From positions 1 to 45,685 of the forward strand of contig JBEILV010000001.1 in the NCBI GenBank assembly GCA_040379105.1: a stretch of DNA of 45,685 nt. The letters are read 5' to 3'. The translations under genes and the position numbers were made by a program. Below are positions 1 through 10,367 of the stretch, piece after piece. Numbering within the stretch: the stretch's first letter is position 1; the number at the start of each line of letters is the position of its first letter. A model generated the notes under the pieces. That model searched no databases and was not told where the DNA came from. It saw nothing but the letters and a program-made list of their open reading frames with translations. The DNA comes from Flavobacterium sp. Lineage in GTDB: Bacteria > Bacteroidota > Bacteroidia > Flavobacteriales > Flavobacteriaceae.

Positions 1-442
1 ATATCATTTTTCGTAAAAATACCAATCATCAGTTAATTTGGCAACAAAATCATAGAATAGTTCAATACGTGATTCATCTTCGTTTGGTTGGTCAACGGCA
101 TAAATTCGATAATTGCCATTTAAGACGAGCAATCTAAATAATTTTCATCAAAATCAACAAAATGAAAATCATTGAAAAAGTGATGTTATGCGCTTTTGAT
201 GTGTAGATAGAAAACCTTTTGGTAATCAACATTTCTTCATTTTCGAATGTGAAGTAGGCTAGAACACCTTTGATCATCCCATTTTTCATATCCTACAATC
301 TACGGCACCTCATAATGTTAGCAGATCGTTTTTTCATTGTCATGTTGGTTTTAACAATACTTAAAAAACTTTATAAATTGACCATTTCAATTAAATGCAA
401 AGTGTTTTTACAAAATTTAATTCTAATTTTACGAAGTGTTTA

Positions 443-450
443 TATATTTG
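443..450 (+). promoter_or_regulatory. Bacteroidota -7 promoter box (TATATTTG) upstream of the enoyl-CoA hydratase gene
   Basis: Matches TAnnTTTG consensus, 32 nt before the ATG at 483. Confidence 0.5.
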
Positions 451-482
451 ATTAAAATTAAATTTTAAAAATAAAATTATCC

Positions 483-1265
483 ATGAACTACGAAAACATC
501 CTATCCGAAATTCAAGATTCGATTTGCACCATCACGATCAATCGTCCTTCGAAACTCAATGCGCTCAATAAAGCTACGATTCAAGAATTGCATCAGGCCT
601 TCGACGAAGCGAACAAAAACCCAGAAATTAGAGCGATTATTCTCACAGGAAGTGGCGAAAAAGCCTTTGTGGCGGGTGCTGATATTTCAGAATTTGCTCA
701 TTTTTCTGCTGAAGAAGGAATGCTTTTGGCAGCGAAAGGACAGCATGATTTGTTTGATTTCATCGAAAATTTATCCACTCCAGTGATTGCAGCCGTGAAC
801 GGGTTTGCTTTGGGTGGTGGTTTGGAATTGGCCATGTCGGCACATTTTAGAATCGCTTCCGAAAACGCAAAATTAGGTTTGCCAGAAGTGACATTAGGTG
901 TTATTCCTGGTTATGGCGGCACACAACGATTGCCACAATTGGTCGGAAAAGGACGTGCTTTCGAAATGATCATGACCGCTCAAATGATTGATGCCGCAAC
1001 GGCTTTGCAATACGGATTGGTCAATCACGTAGTTTCGGTGGAAGAGTTGATGCCTTTTGTGCATAAAATAGCAGCTAAAATTACCAAAAATGCTCCTGTT
1101 GCTTTAGCGAAAGCCATCGAAGCCGTGAATGCTGGCTTTAAAGACGGCAAAAATGGCTACGAAACTGAAATCGAAAATTTCGGTGCTTGTTTTGCTACGC
1201 AAGATTTTAAAGAAGGCACGCAAGCATTTTTAGAAAAAAGAAAAGCTGATTTTAAAGGGCAATAA
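483..1265 (+). CDS. Enoyl-CoA hydratase/crotonase family protein
   Basis: Crotonase motifs AFVAGADI, NGFALGGGLELA, LGLPEVTLGVIPGYGGTQRL. Confidence 0.92.
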   Translation: MNYENILSEIQDSICTITINRPSKLNALNKATIQELHQAFDEANKNPEIRAIILTGSGEKAFVAGADISEFAHFSAEEGMLLAAKGQHDLFDFIENLSTPVIAAVNGFALGGGLELAMSAHFRIASENAKLGLPEVTLGVIPGYGGTQRLPQLVGKGRAFEMIMTAQMIDAATALQYGLVNHVVSVEELMPFVHKIAAKITKNAPVALAKAIEAVNAGFKDGKNGYETEIENFGACFATQDFKEGTQAFLEKRKADFKGQ

Positions 1266-1349
1266 TCGATTTTTGAAAAATGAAACACCATGGTTTTTAA
1301 ATTTTTTAAATCTATTTTTTCTAAAACGTTATCACAAGACAAGCACACA

Positions 1350-1916
1350 ATGAACAAATTTCTAATTGTCGGCCTAGGAAATATTGGTGCCGAATATGTA
1401 CAAACCCGTCACAACATCGGGTTTAAAGTAGTCGATTTTTTTGCCAAATCAGAAGGCATCGAATTTCAAACTGCCAAGTTGGGAGCTTTGGGAAGCGGCA
1501 CAATCAAAGGAAAAAAAGTACTGCTTTTGAAACCCAACACGTATATGAATTTGAGTGGAAAAGCGGTAAAATATTGGATGGACGCCGAAAAAATTCCGCT
1601 TGAAAATGTGCTGATTATCACTGATGATTTGAATTTGTCTTTCGGCACGATTCGCATCAAACCCAAAGGAAGCGACGGCGGGCACAACGGCTTGAAAAGT
1701 TTGCAACAAACGCTCAACACTTCAGAATATCTTCGGTTTAGATTCGGAATCAGCGATGAATTTAAAAAAGGCCAACAAGTCAATTATGTGTTGGGCGAAT
1801 GGGACGAAAACGAGAAAAAGGCATTACCCGGACGATTGGAGGTTGCCTCAGAAGCGATCAAATCTTTCGTTTTGGCAGGTTTGGCAAACACGATGAATGC
1901 TTTCAACGGAAAATAA
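1350..1916 (+). CDS. pth: Peptidyl-tRNA hydrolase
   Basis: LIVGLGN..Y..TRHNIGF, KPNTYMNLSG, DDL, GGHNGLKS; start placed at MNKFL (ORF track begins 1290). Confidence 0.95.
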   Translation: MNKFLIVGLGNIGAEYVQTRHNIGFKVVDFFAKSEGIEFQTAKLGALGSGTIKGKKVLLLKPNTYMNLSGKAVKYWMDAEKIPLENVLIITDDLNLSFGTIRIKPKGSDGGHNGLKSLQQTLNTSEYLRFRFGISDEFKKGQQVNYVLGEWDENEKKALPGRLEVASEAIKSFVLAGLANTMNAFNGK

Positions 1917-1990
1917 AAAACCTATCTTTGTTTGCATTATTCTACTTTTTAAGTTGGAAGCAGTTTTTCAAAACATTTAAAATCAAAACA

Positions 1991-2485
1991 ATGCGTTTAT
2001 TTTCAGTTTTCTTTTCACTCATGTTCATGACCGCATGTTCTACTTCAAATCAGATGAAATTTTCAAAAACAGATGCTTCTGAATGTCCCGACGGAGGAGT
2101 TTGTAAGTTTGAAATTTTCAAAAACAAATCGCTTGCAGTCAAAGAAGATGGCATCGGTCAGTTGTATTACGATTTGGTTGAAAATAAAAACACTTCCGTT
2201 TATGTTTACACCTATTTCGTTGCAGGTCCAGAAAATACGGAAGATGGAAATTTGACCGAAAAAATAATTTTTGAATTGGATAATAACCAGAGTGAAAATT
2301 TATCCTTAGAAAACGAGTCACTTCAAAAAGTGAACATGCTTTTTTCTCGGGCTTGTTTTTGCAGGGGTCAAATGGGCACTTTTAGAGTTGAAAAGGGTTT
2401 TTTGAAAATAACTGAAAATTCAATTTCTGCCGAAGCAAAAACCTCTAAAGTACCACAAACACTGACAAATTTCACTTTGCGTTAA
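1991..2485 (+). CDS. Hypothetical lipoprotein
   Basis: Start at MRLFSVFFSLMFMTAC gives a lipobox Cys; CPDGGVC and CFC cysteine motifs; TATCTTTG promoter box at 1923-1930. Confidence 0.7.
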   Translation: MRLFSVFFSLMFMTACSTSNQMKFSKTDASECPDGGVCKFEIFKNKSLAVKEDGIGQLYYDLVENKNTSVYVYTYFVAGPENTEDGNLTEKIIFELDNNQSENLSLENESLQKVNMLFSRACFCRGQMGTFRVEKGFLKITENSISAEAKTSKVPQTLTNFTLR

Positions 2486-3432
2486 AATTCATACACCACT
2501 CCAATTCCCAAAACTTGCTTGAGCTGTAATCTTGGTCCAACCGTAACTTGTTCGCCATCAATTTCTTTCTTGGCTTTGGTATCGTCATCATAAATCATTT
2601 GAAGTGTGATGTTTGCCTTCACAAAATCATTGACTTGCATATCCAATTGCGATTGCCAATCGATGTCAATATTACCTACTCGATTGATATAGTCGGCAAA
2701 TAAAATCAAGCGACTTTCGTAAACAATGTTTTTATAAACTTCTTTTTTCCAATAATTATTGATCAAAACCCCCATTTCGGTTCGGTTTCTTCTTCCTTCT
2801 GAAAGAATATTCCCAAATTCATCAAAAGTAGCTCCCCGCACCCCAAACGCCCCTTGATTGGCCAATCTTTGATTTAAAACCAAGGTTGTTTTGAGTGTCA
2901 ATGGCGACATATAAATATTGAAATCTTTCTCTTTTAAATTCAATTCTGTTCCAATTCCTAAGAAAATATAGGCAGGCGCAAACGGAAGCGATATTGCAAT
3001 GTCTTTATTTGGATAAGCATATCCTTCCACAAATTGCGATGTGAAATTAAAACGCCCGGAATAATACCAATTGGAAGTTTCGCTTTTTTTATAACCAAAG
3101 TTTGAATTCAACACAAACTGGTCGTCTGTTTTTCTAAGTTCACGCCCTTCTTGTTTATTGATACCATATCTTGTGAGCAATTCGTTGTTCCACAAGACCT
3201 TCCCTCTCGTAAATTTCATCTGAAATGTTCCTCTCAAAAGCCCTGAAATTGAGCTGTTTCCCCCAGCATTCCAATTCGAAAATGCAATTTGTGTTAAATC
3301 AAAATTGACGACGTTTTTATGAACCCAATAAGTTGTGTCTTTTTCCTTTTCAGTACGAATAATGGGTTGTGCTATACAATTTGACAAAAAGAAAAAGAAA
3401 AACAACAATGTTGAAAGTGATTTTGGATACAT
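2482..3432 (-). CDS. DUF3078-type outer-membrane beta-barrel protein
   Basis: Signal peptide, Q..FSNWNAGG motif, alternating beta-strands, C-terminal ..YEF. Confidence 0.8.
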   Translation of the reverse strand: MYPKSLSTLLFFFFFLSNCIAQPIIRTEKEKDTTYWVHKNVVNFDLTQIAFSNWNAGGNSSISGLLRGTFQMKFTRGKVLWNNELLTRYGINKQEGRELRKTDDQFVLNSNFGYKKSETSNWYYSGRFNFTSQFVEGYAYPNKDIAISLPFAPAYIFLGIGTELNLKEKDFNIYMSPLTLKTTLVLNQRLANQGAFGVRGATFDEFGNILSEGRRNRTEMGVLINNYWKKEVYKNIVYESRLILFADYINRVGNIDIDWQSQLDMQVNDFVKANITLQMIYDDDTKAKKEIDGEQVTVGPRLQLKQVLGIGVVYEF

Positions 3433-3470
3433 TTTTAGGCTTTTTTTTGAAGTTGCAAAAATGTCGATTT

Positions 3471-5249
3471 TTATAAAGAATCAAAGACTTTTATCAAATT
3501 ATTTACATCGAGTCCACAAAACTTATATTGTTCAAGAACGGCGCCTTGCTCGATAAAAGTATCAGGAATTCCTAAAATTTTCAACTCATTTTTATAGTGA
3601 TGCTTTGCTATGAAAGACGCAATAGAACTTCCAAATCCACCTTGAATTGCACCTTCTTCCACAGTGATGATTTGAGCGTATTTCAGACAAATTGAATGCA
3701 AAAGAACCTCATCTAGTGGTTTAATAAACATAAAATCATAATGTGAATATTTCTCTACACTTTGCACCTTTTGAAGTGTCTCAATGACATGATTTCCAAT
3801 AAATCCGGTGGATAAAACCGCTATTAGACTTCCTTCTTTCAAACATTTGCCCTTCCCTATTTCTACTTTTTCAAATGGTTGTTCCCAATCTGTTTCCAAA
3901 GCACGTCCACGCGGATATCGAATGGAAAATGGATTTTCGGTATTGAACTGCGCTGTAAACATTAGATTTCTTAAATCCTGTGCTGTTCTCGGCGCACTGA
4001 TGATGATATTTGGAATACAATTTAAAAAAGCAATATCATACACTCCTTGATGCGTTGCGCCATCTTCGCCCACCAAACCTGCTCTGTCAATGCAAAAAAC
4101 CACAGGCAAATGTTGCAACGCTACGTCGTGTATGATTTGATCGTAAGCGCGTTGTATGAATGTGGAATAAATGGCACAAAAAACAACCAAACCTTGTGTT
4201 GCCATGCCCGCAGAAAGTGTCACGGCATGTTGTTCGGCAATGCCCACATCAAAAGCCCTTTCGGGAAATGCTTCCATCATAAATTTTAAGGACGATCCTG
4301 ATGGCATAGCGGGTGTAATTCCAATAATTTTGTCGTTTTTTTCTGCCAAAGAAACCAATGTTTTTCCGAAAACATCTTGGAATTTTGGTGGCAAATGCGC
4401 TTCGTTTTTCGGAAGAATGTCGCCTGTAACCCGATTGAATTTTCCGGGAGCGTGATATAAAACTTGATGTTCTTCTGCTTGCAATAAGCCTTTGCCTTTT
4501 GTTGTAATGACATGCAAAAATTTTGGGCCAGAAACGGATTTCAAATCATTGAAAACATCGACTAAAGCATTCATATCATGCCCGTCAACAGGACCGAAAT
4601 AATTAAAATTCAATGATTTAATCATGTTGTTGGCAGGATGGTTTTTTCCTTCTTTTACCGCAGTGAGATAGTTTTTCAGTGCACCAACACTTGGATCAAT
4701 CCCGATGGCGTTGTCGTTCAAAACAATCAAAACATTGGCATCAGCCACACCCGCATGGTTCAATCCTTCAAAAGCCATTCCTGCTGCAATTGAAGCATCG
4801 CCGATCACTGCAATATGTTGTTTTTTTAAATCGCCTTGCAATTTGGATGCAATTGCCATCCCTAAAACCGCAGAAATGGACGTAGAAGAATGTCCGACAC
4901 CAAACGTATCAAAAATGCTTTCATCTCTTTTTGGAAAACCAGAAATGCCGTTCCATTGCCGGTTGGTGTGAAATTGATTTCTTCTTCCTGTCAAAATTTT
5001 GTGCCCGTAAGCTTGATGACCCACATCCCAAACCAACAAATCATGCGGCGTATCGAAAACATAGTGCAAAGCCAATGTAAGTTCGACAACACCTAAACTC
5101 GCACCCAAATGCCCCTCTTTTGTAGCAACAATATCAAGGATAAAACTCCTCAACTCGACAGCAACCTCAGGCAAGGATGCTTGAGATAATTTTCTCAAAT
5201 CATCTGGATGATCAATCGAAGATAGGAATTTGTAGTCTGAAATTTTCAT
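3471..5249 (-). CDS. dxs: 1-deoxy-D-xylulose-5-phosphate synthase
   Basis: GHLGASLGVVEL, WDVGHQAYGHKILTGR, DVGIAEQHAV, DRAGLVGEDGATHQG; start at MKISDY. Confidence 0.96.
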   Translation of the reverse strand: MKISDYKFLSSIDHPDDLRKLSQASLPEVAVELRSFILDIVATKEGHLGASLGVVELTLALHYVFDTPHDLLVWDVGHQAYGHKILTGRRNQFHTNRQWNGISGFPKRDESIFDTFGVGHSSTSISAVLGMAIASKLQGDLKKQHIAVIGDASIAAGMAFEGLNHAGVADANVLIVLNDNAIGIDPSVGALKNYLTAVKEGKNHPANNMIKSLNFNYFGPVDGHDMNALVDVFNDLKSVSGPKFLHVITTKGKGLLQAEEHQVLYHAPGKFNRVTGDILPKNEAHLPPKFQDVFGKTLVSLAEKNDKIIGITPAMPSGSSLKFMMEAFPERAFDVGIAEQHAVTLSAGMATQGLVVFCAIYSTFIQRAYDQIIHDVALQHLPVVFCIDRAGLVGEDGATHQGVYDIAFLNCIPNIIISAPRTAQDLRNLMFTAQFNTENPFSIRYPRGRALETDWEQPFEKVEIGKGKCLKEGSLIAVLSTGFIGNHVIETLQKVQSVEKYSHYDFMFIKPLDEVLLHSICLKYAQIITVEEGAIQGGFGSSIASFIAKHHYKNELKILGIPDTFIEQGAVLEQYKFCGLDVNNLIKVFDSL

Positions 5250-5372
5250 GAAGCACAAAATTACGATTTAGTTTGAATTTCGATTCTTTTTAGCTTTTTA
5301 ATAGCATTCTTTCCAAAGTTTTTTCGACTTTTGGCTTCTAACTATCAATTTCCAACCTTTAACTTTCAATTT

Positions 5373-5813
5373 ATGATCGACGTTTTTTCAGATGCTTATT
5401 TTATGAAAAAGGCACTCATCGAAGCACAAACGGCTTTCGATTTGGGAGAAGTTCCTGTAGGTGCTGTAGTGGTGGTGCAAAACAAAGTGATTGCAAGAGC
5501 ACATAATTTAACAGAACGATTGAACGATGTGACGGCACATGCTGAAATGCAGGCCATTACGGCGGCGGCTAATTTTTTGGGCGGAAAATATTTGAAAGGC
5601 TGCACACTTTATGTCACTTTAGAACCTTGCCAAATGTGTGCAGGAGCTTTGTATTGGAGTCAAATAGACCGTATTGTTTTTGGAGCTTCAGACGAAAAAC
5701 GAGGTTTTCAAACGTTAGGCACCACGATTCATCCAAAAACAAAAGTGGAAGGGGGCATTTTGGCTCACGAAGCGATGCTTTTGATGCAAAACTTCTTTAA
5801 AAACAAACGCTAA
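5373..5813 (+). CDS. tadA: tRNA adenosine deaminase (TadA)-like nucleoside deaminase
   Basis: EVPVGAV, TAHAE, LYVTLEPCQMCAGA zinc motifs; start at MIDVF. Confidence 0.8.
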   Translation: MIDVFSDAYFMKKALIEAQTAFDLGEVPVGAVVVVQNKVIARAHNLTERLNDVTAHAEMQAITAAANFLGGKYLKGCTLYVTLEPCQMCAGALYWSQIDRIVFGASDEKRGFQTLGTTIHPKTKVEGGILAHEAMLLMQNFFKNKR

Positions 5814-7402
5814 TCTGCGCCCAAATCAATGGTTTGCTCCCAATCCCAATTGGCTCGAATATCGATGGCGTTTTTAAAATAGAATACTTCCTCGGTTTGT
5901 CGTTTTTCTAAATAACTGCCCGTGTCCCATTGTTTATTTTTGTTTTCATCATAAATAATTCTGATGGTAAAAATGGCTGGAACTAAATGGTTGAAATAAA
6001 CAAAATCTTCTTGTTTTTCAAGATATTGCGTTGCCAAAACTTTCCCTTTGTCGTCTGTCAAATCTAAAATGATTGGATAAGATTTTGCGTTTTTCAGTTC
6101 CAATCTCAAATTACCATAATCCGTATAAGCTCGGGTTGCAAATCGAAAAATCAAACTGTCGTTTACATTTCCATAGAAATCTTTAACGGCATCGGGCAAA
6201 AGTGAAAGCGTGTATTTTTCATTTTCTTCCTTATCAAAATGCAACGTAAATTCTTGCTTCCATGGGTTGTAAGATTCTTTAAATACGATTTTTGTAGAAT
6301 CTCTTTTAATGAGGCTCATTTTAGACAAGTCGAATGACTGAATCGGAATTGTGCTCACAAAAGTGAGGTCGTCTCTAAAATCGAGACCGCCTGTTTTTTT
6401 GGCTTTGATGCTGAGCGAATCTAACTTTTGGTCTTTGTTTTGCACCGTAAAAGTTTTATCGAAGTCGTTTTTTCTAATCCGAATTTGCAATGAATCTTTT
6501 TTGATTTTTGGCATCCAAAATTGAACAGAATCTTTTTCGGAAACATCTGTAATTTCAATCGGAATGTTGTTTTCAAAATCATTGATCGTTATTTCAATGT
6601 TTGACTTATCGCCAACCAATGGCACAAAATATCTACCGCCCGATGCTTGAGAAGGCTTACTGGCTTTGAATTGCGCAATTTCTTGAAACAGCTCTAATTC
6701 GTAGATTGCTTCATCGGGAATGGTGATTTTTTCGGAGTAAAATCCAATTTTTTCAGATTTTGGATCAAATTTATTGTTTCCGTTATTATCTTTCATCGCC
6801 ACCAAATAATAATCGCCCGCTTTTAAATTTTCAAGTTTGAATGTTATTAAACTATCTAAAGTGTTGGTTACATAGCGTGGTTTTTCTTTATAAACTGTCG
6901 AATCTGTAAATTTTTCATTGGCCTCATACAGCATTACTGAAACAAAATTATCTGTTTTTTTATTGAATGCATCTTTGATTGTTCCCTGCAAATAAAGCGA
7001 ATCGATGAATGATCCTGTTGAAAAAATGTACTTAAATTGACCATACGCATTCCCTTCGTTGTTGTCTTGAATGCTTTGCCCAAAATTGAAACTATACGTT
7101 GTGTTTTCTAGCAAAGTGTCTTTAATTTTAATGGTAATTTGCTTTGTTGCGCTTGTTGGCATGATCAGCGGTGCTTCGTTCATGGGTGGCGAAACAATCA
7201 ATTGTTTTCCGACATCTTTTAGCTTTATAAATTCGTCAAAAACCAATTTAATTTCTTTTTGATTGAAATTGGTGCTGCCATTTTTCGGGAAACTCATTTT
7301 TAATTGTGGAGGAATCGTGTCTTTTTTCCCACCTTCAATGCTGCCTCTTTTGGCGCAAGAAAAAAACAAAACGATTAGAATGAAGAGAAAAACATTTTTC
7401 AT
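5810..7402 (-). CDS. Conserved Bacteroidota lipoprotein with N-terminal Ig-like (Big_5-type) domain
   Basis: Lipobox LFFSCA, GG.KD..PP, TYSFNFG..IQDNNEGN, D.N.N..WD.G motifs. Confidence 0.75.
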   Translation of the reverse strand: MKNVFLFILIVLFFSCAKRGSIEGGKKDTIPPQLKMSFPKNGSTNFNQKEIKLVFDEFIKLKDVGKQLIVSPPMNEAPLIMPTSATKQITIKIKDTLLENTTYSFNFGQSIQDNNEGNAYGQFKYIFSTGSFIDSLYLQGTIKDAFNKKTDNFVSVMLYEANEKFTDSTVYKEKPRYVTNTLDSLITFKLENLKAGDYYLVAMKDNNGNNKFDPKSEKIGFYSEKITIPDEAIYELELFQEIAQFKASKPSQASGGRYFVPLVGDKSNIEITINDFENNIPIEITDVSEKDSVQFWMPKIKKDSLQIRIRKNDFDKTFTVQNKDQKLDSLSIKAKKTGGLDFRDDLTFVSTIPIQSFDLSKMSLIKRDSTKIVFKESYNPWKQEFTLHFDKEENEKYTLSLLPDAVKDFYGNVNDSLIFRFATRAYTDYGNLRLELKNAKSYPIILDLTDDKGKVLATQYLEKQEDFVYFNHLVPAIFTIRIIYDENKNKQWDTGSYLEKRQTEEVFYFKNAIDIRANWDWEQTIDLGAD

Positions 7403-7535
7403 ATAAACTACAAGATTGACTCATTTTGACCGATACAAAGTAACAATTATAAAACATTGAAATGAAATTCACTTTCAAAAACTTTAAATGCTGCTAAATA
7501 TTTTAAATGTACATTCAAATTTCAGCTCCCTACAT

Positions 7536-7570
7536 AAAAAAACAGCTGCAAATAACTGCAACTGTTTTTT
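7536..7570 (-). terminator. Rho-independent terminator of pyk
   Basis: AAAAAAACAGCTGCA-AATAAC-TGCAACTGTTTTTT hairpin with A/T tracts, just downstream of the pyk stop. Confidence 0.75.
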
Positions 7571-7593
7571 AATTATAAAGATTCGTTTAAAAT

Positions 7594-9027
7594 CTATTGA
7601 ATTTCTGAAATCCGCATTGTGTTCACCATTCCTTTGTCTGTGATCGGCATCGCAGCCAAATTAATCAGCATATCGCCGGTGTCCACAAAACCATTTTCTT
7701 TTGCCAAACGGTTTACATCGTCCACAGTATCGTCGGTACTTACAAATTTATCATAGTAGAACGATTTTACACCCCAAAGCAAATTGAGTTGTGTTAAAAT
7801 TCTTTGGTTAGAAGTATAAACCAAAATATGTGCTTGCGGACGCCAAGCCGAAATTTGAAATGCTGTATAACCACTATTTGTTAAAGTAGAAATAGCTTTC
7901 GCTTTAATTTCATTCGCCATGTTGGCAGCATGATAACAAATAGATTTAGTGATGAAACGTTTTGTTCTGATGTGAGGTGGATTTTTTGGCACTTGAATCA
8001 GCGGAGAATCTTCCACAGCTTCGATAATTTGCGTCATTTTTTGAATCACTTGAATAGGATAATTTCCTACAGAAGTTTCGCCCGACAACATCACTGCATC
8101 TGCACCGTCCATGACCGAGTTGGCAACGTCGTTCACTTCTGCTCTTGTGGGAGTCAAACTTGTAATCATGGTTTCCATCATTTGCGTTGCGATGATCACA
8201 GGAATACGCGCTGTTTTGGCACGGTTCACTAATTTTTTCTGGATCAAAGGCACTTCTTGTGCTGGAATTTCGACACCCAAATCGCCTCTTGCTACCATCA
8301 AACCATCGCAATAAGCAACAATTTTATCAATATTTTCTACCGCTTCTGGTTTTTCAATCTTAGCAACGATAGGAATTTTATGATCTGAATGTTTCATTAT
8401 CAAATCTTGCAACAAAATCAAATCGTCCGAATTTCTTACAAACGACAATGCAATCCAATCTACTTGATTTTCAATGGCAAAAATGGCATCTTTAATATCT
8501 TTTTTAGTCAATGCTGGCAAAGAAACCTTTGTATTGGGTAAGTTGACACCTTTTTTCGATTTCAATGGACCGCCTTGCACTACTCTTGCCACCACTTCGT
8601 TTTCACGGTCGGTGCTGACGGCTTCAAAAATTAATTTCCCGTCGTCAAGCAAAATACGTTCGCCTGGATTTACATCTTTCGGAAATTGCTTGTAGTTCAT
8701 ATACACTTTTTGCGCTGTTCCCGGAATGTCTTCGGCGGTTGTAAACGTGATTAAATCGCCAACATTTACAACAACATCTTCTTTCATGACGCCCACACGA
8801 AGTTTTGGCCCTTGTAAATCAGCAAGAATTGAAGTTGTAAAATTATGCTCTTTGTTGAGCTCTCTAATGATGTCGATGCGTTCTTTCACATCGGTGTAGT
8901 CCGCATGCGAAAAATTGATTCTAAACACATCAACGCCGGCAATAATCATGTCTCTAATGACTTCTTTCGAACTGCAGGCAGGCCCGAGAGTGGCAACAAT
9001 TTTGGTTTTTTTGTTTGTTGGTTTCAT
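7594..9027 (-). CDS. pyk: Pyruvate kinase
   Basis: TKIVATLGPA, RINFSH, DLQGPKLR, AKIEK, MVARGDLGVE, ATQMMETM, DAVMLSGET. Confidence 0.97.
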   Translation of the reverse strand: MKPTNKKTKIVATLGPACSSKEVIRDMIIAGVDVFRINFSHADYTDVKERIDIIRELNKEHNFTTSILADLQGPKLRVGVMKEDVVVNVGDLITFTTAEDIPGTAQKVYMNYKQFPKDVNPGERILLDDGKLIFEAVSTDRENEVVARVVQGGPLKSKKGVNLPNTKVSLPALTKKDIKDAIFAIENQVDWIALSFVRNSDDLILLQDLIMKHSDHKIPIVAKIEKPEAVENIDKIVAYCDGLMVARGDLGVEIPAQEVPLIQKKLVNRAKTARIPVIIATQMMETMITSLTPTRAEVNDVANSVMDGADAVMLSGETSVGNYPIQVIQKMTQIIEAVEDSPLIQVPKNPPHIRTKRFITKSICYHAANMANEIKAKAISTLTNSGYTAFQISAWRPQAHILVYTSNQRILTQLNLLWGVKSFYYDKFVSTDDTVDDVNRLAKENGFVDTGDMLINLAAMPITDKGMVNTMRISEIQ

Positions 9028-9509
9028 ACTTTATATAGTAAGCTGTTTTTTGATTTTTGAATTGTTTCTGGTAATAAATAAGTTGAGGCAACTTGCGGAA
9101 TGGAAGCTATTTTTTGCAATAAAAATTCTATTTCACTTTGCTCACAAACCGTGTCAATTTTAAGAATATAATCTACTTTTTTGAATTCTGGAAGAAAATA
9201 AAGCGTCGTTGCTATTGATTCTGAACCGAATAAACCATCTGTTTGGAAAAAGTTATCGTTTGAAATAGCTTTGTTTTCAACTAATTTCCAATATCTTTCA
9301 AGTTTTTTATCAAAGAATTCGAAATGAGTAAAGCCGTAAGAAGCATTTTTATGATCCACCTTAATATCTTCTCTTACAATCTTAAAAAAAGTCTTTAATG
9401 ATTGATTTAAAAAATAAGCCATTCTAAAATTAATTAAAGAAGAATGGATAGCAAGCCATGTAAACTCGTCTTCATCCGTGTCTTCAAAAGTTAACTTGTA
9501 TGCACTCAT
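9024..9509 (-). CDS. IPExxxVDY family protein
   Basis: LPEFKKVDY motif; usual position between rnc and pyk in Flavobacteria; 4-nt overlap with pyk. Confidence 0.85.
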   Translation of the reverse strand: MSAYKLTFEDTDEDEFTWLAIHSSLINFRMAYFLNQSLKTFFKIVREDIKVDHKNASYGFTHFEFFDKKLERYWKLVENKAISNDNFFQTDGLFGSESIATTLYFLPEFKKVDYILKIDTVCEQSEIEFLLQKIASIPQVASTYLLPETIQKSKNSLLYKV

Positions 9510-9611
9510 TTTCTAAAATTAATTGTAAATATAGCATTTATCACTTTTAAATGAAGAGTTTAGGAGTCGATTAACTTATTTTTATAAACGAAAAAGATTG
9601 AGTGCGTGATT

Positions 9612-10361
9612 TTATTTTTTAATTTCTATTTTGTCCTGCAATGCGAAAAAGGCTCTTTTTGCAGCCATTTCTTCCGCTTTCTTTTTTGAAGTCGCTCTTG
9701 CTTTCGCTATAATTTTGTCATCAATGAATAATTTCACACTAAAATAATGCTCTTTATCATTGCCATTGTCCAACACAAAATCAAAGTGAAAAGTACTTTT
9801 TTGCTTTTGGCACCATTCTATCAACAAACTTTTATAACTGATTACTTTTCCCTCTAATCGTTCTATATCAACATAAGGAACTACTATTTTTTGTAAAATA
9901 AATTGTTCGCAATAAGCAAAACCTCGGTCTAAATAAATGGCGCCAATAAAAGCTTCAAACATATTGCCATAAATATTGTCGCCCAGACTTTGCACAGGAT
10001 TTTTAGACTCTAAAAACTGTATTAATTTAAAATCTTTTCCCAATTCATTCAAATGATCTCGGCTCACTATTTTGGATCGCATTTTTGTTAAATAGCCTTC
10101 ATTGCCAGCGGGCACTTTGTTAAAAAGATGACTCGCAATCACGGCACTCAACATGGCATCGCCCAAAAACTCAAGTCTTTCATAACTCATGGGTTTGCCG
10201 TCTGCATCCAATTTGTTTACAGAACGATGCGTAAATGCTTTTCTATAATGCTGCAATTCAACGGGTTCAAATCCCATCATTTGTTTTAAAGCAATAAAAA
10301 AGCCCTCATCTTCTTTTGGAATCTGAGAGCTTTTTGAGAATATATTTTTTAAGAAACCCAT
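9612..10361 (-). CDS. rnc: Ribonuclease III
   Basis: AFTHRS, YERLEFLGDA, FEAFIGAIYLD, C-terminal dsRBD SKKKAEEMAA. Confidence 0.95.
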   Translation of the reverse strand: MGFLKNIFSKSSQIPKEDEGFFIALKQMMGFEPVELQHYRKAFTHRSVNKLDADGKPMSYERLEFLGDAMLSAVIASHLFNKVPAGNEGYLTKMRSKIVSRDHLNELGKDFKLIQFLESKNPVQSLGDNIYGNMFEAFIGAIYLDRGFAYCEQFILQKIVVPYVDIERLEGKVISYKSLLIEWCQKQKSTFHFDFVLDNGNDKEHYFSVKLFIDDKIIAKARATSKKKAEEMAAKRAFFALQDKIEIKK

Positions 10362-10367
10362 AAAAAA

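Noticed and set aside
270-455. 61-aa + strand ORF
   Set aside because: TTG start, AT-rich promoter DNA of the downstream gene, composition expected by chance
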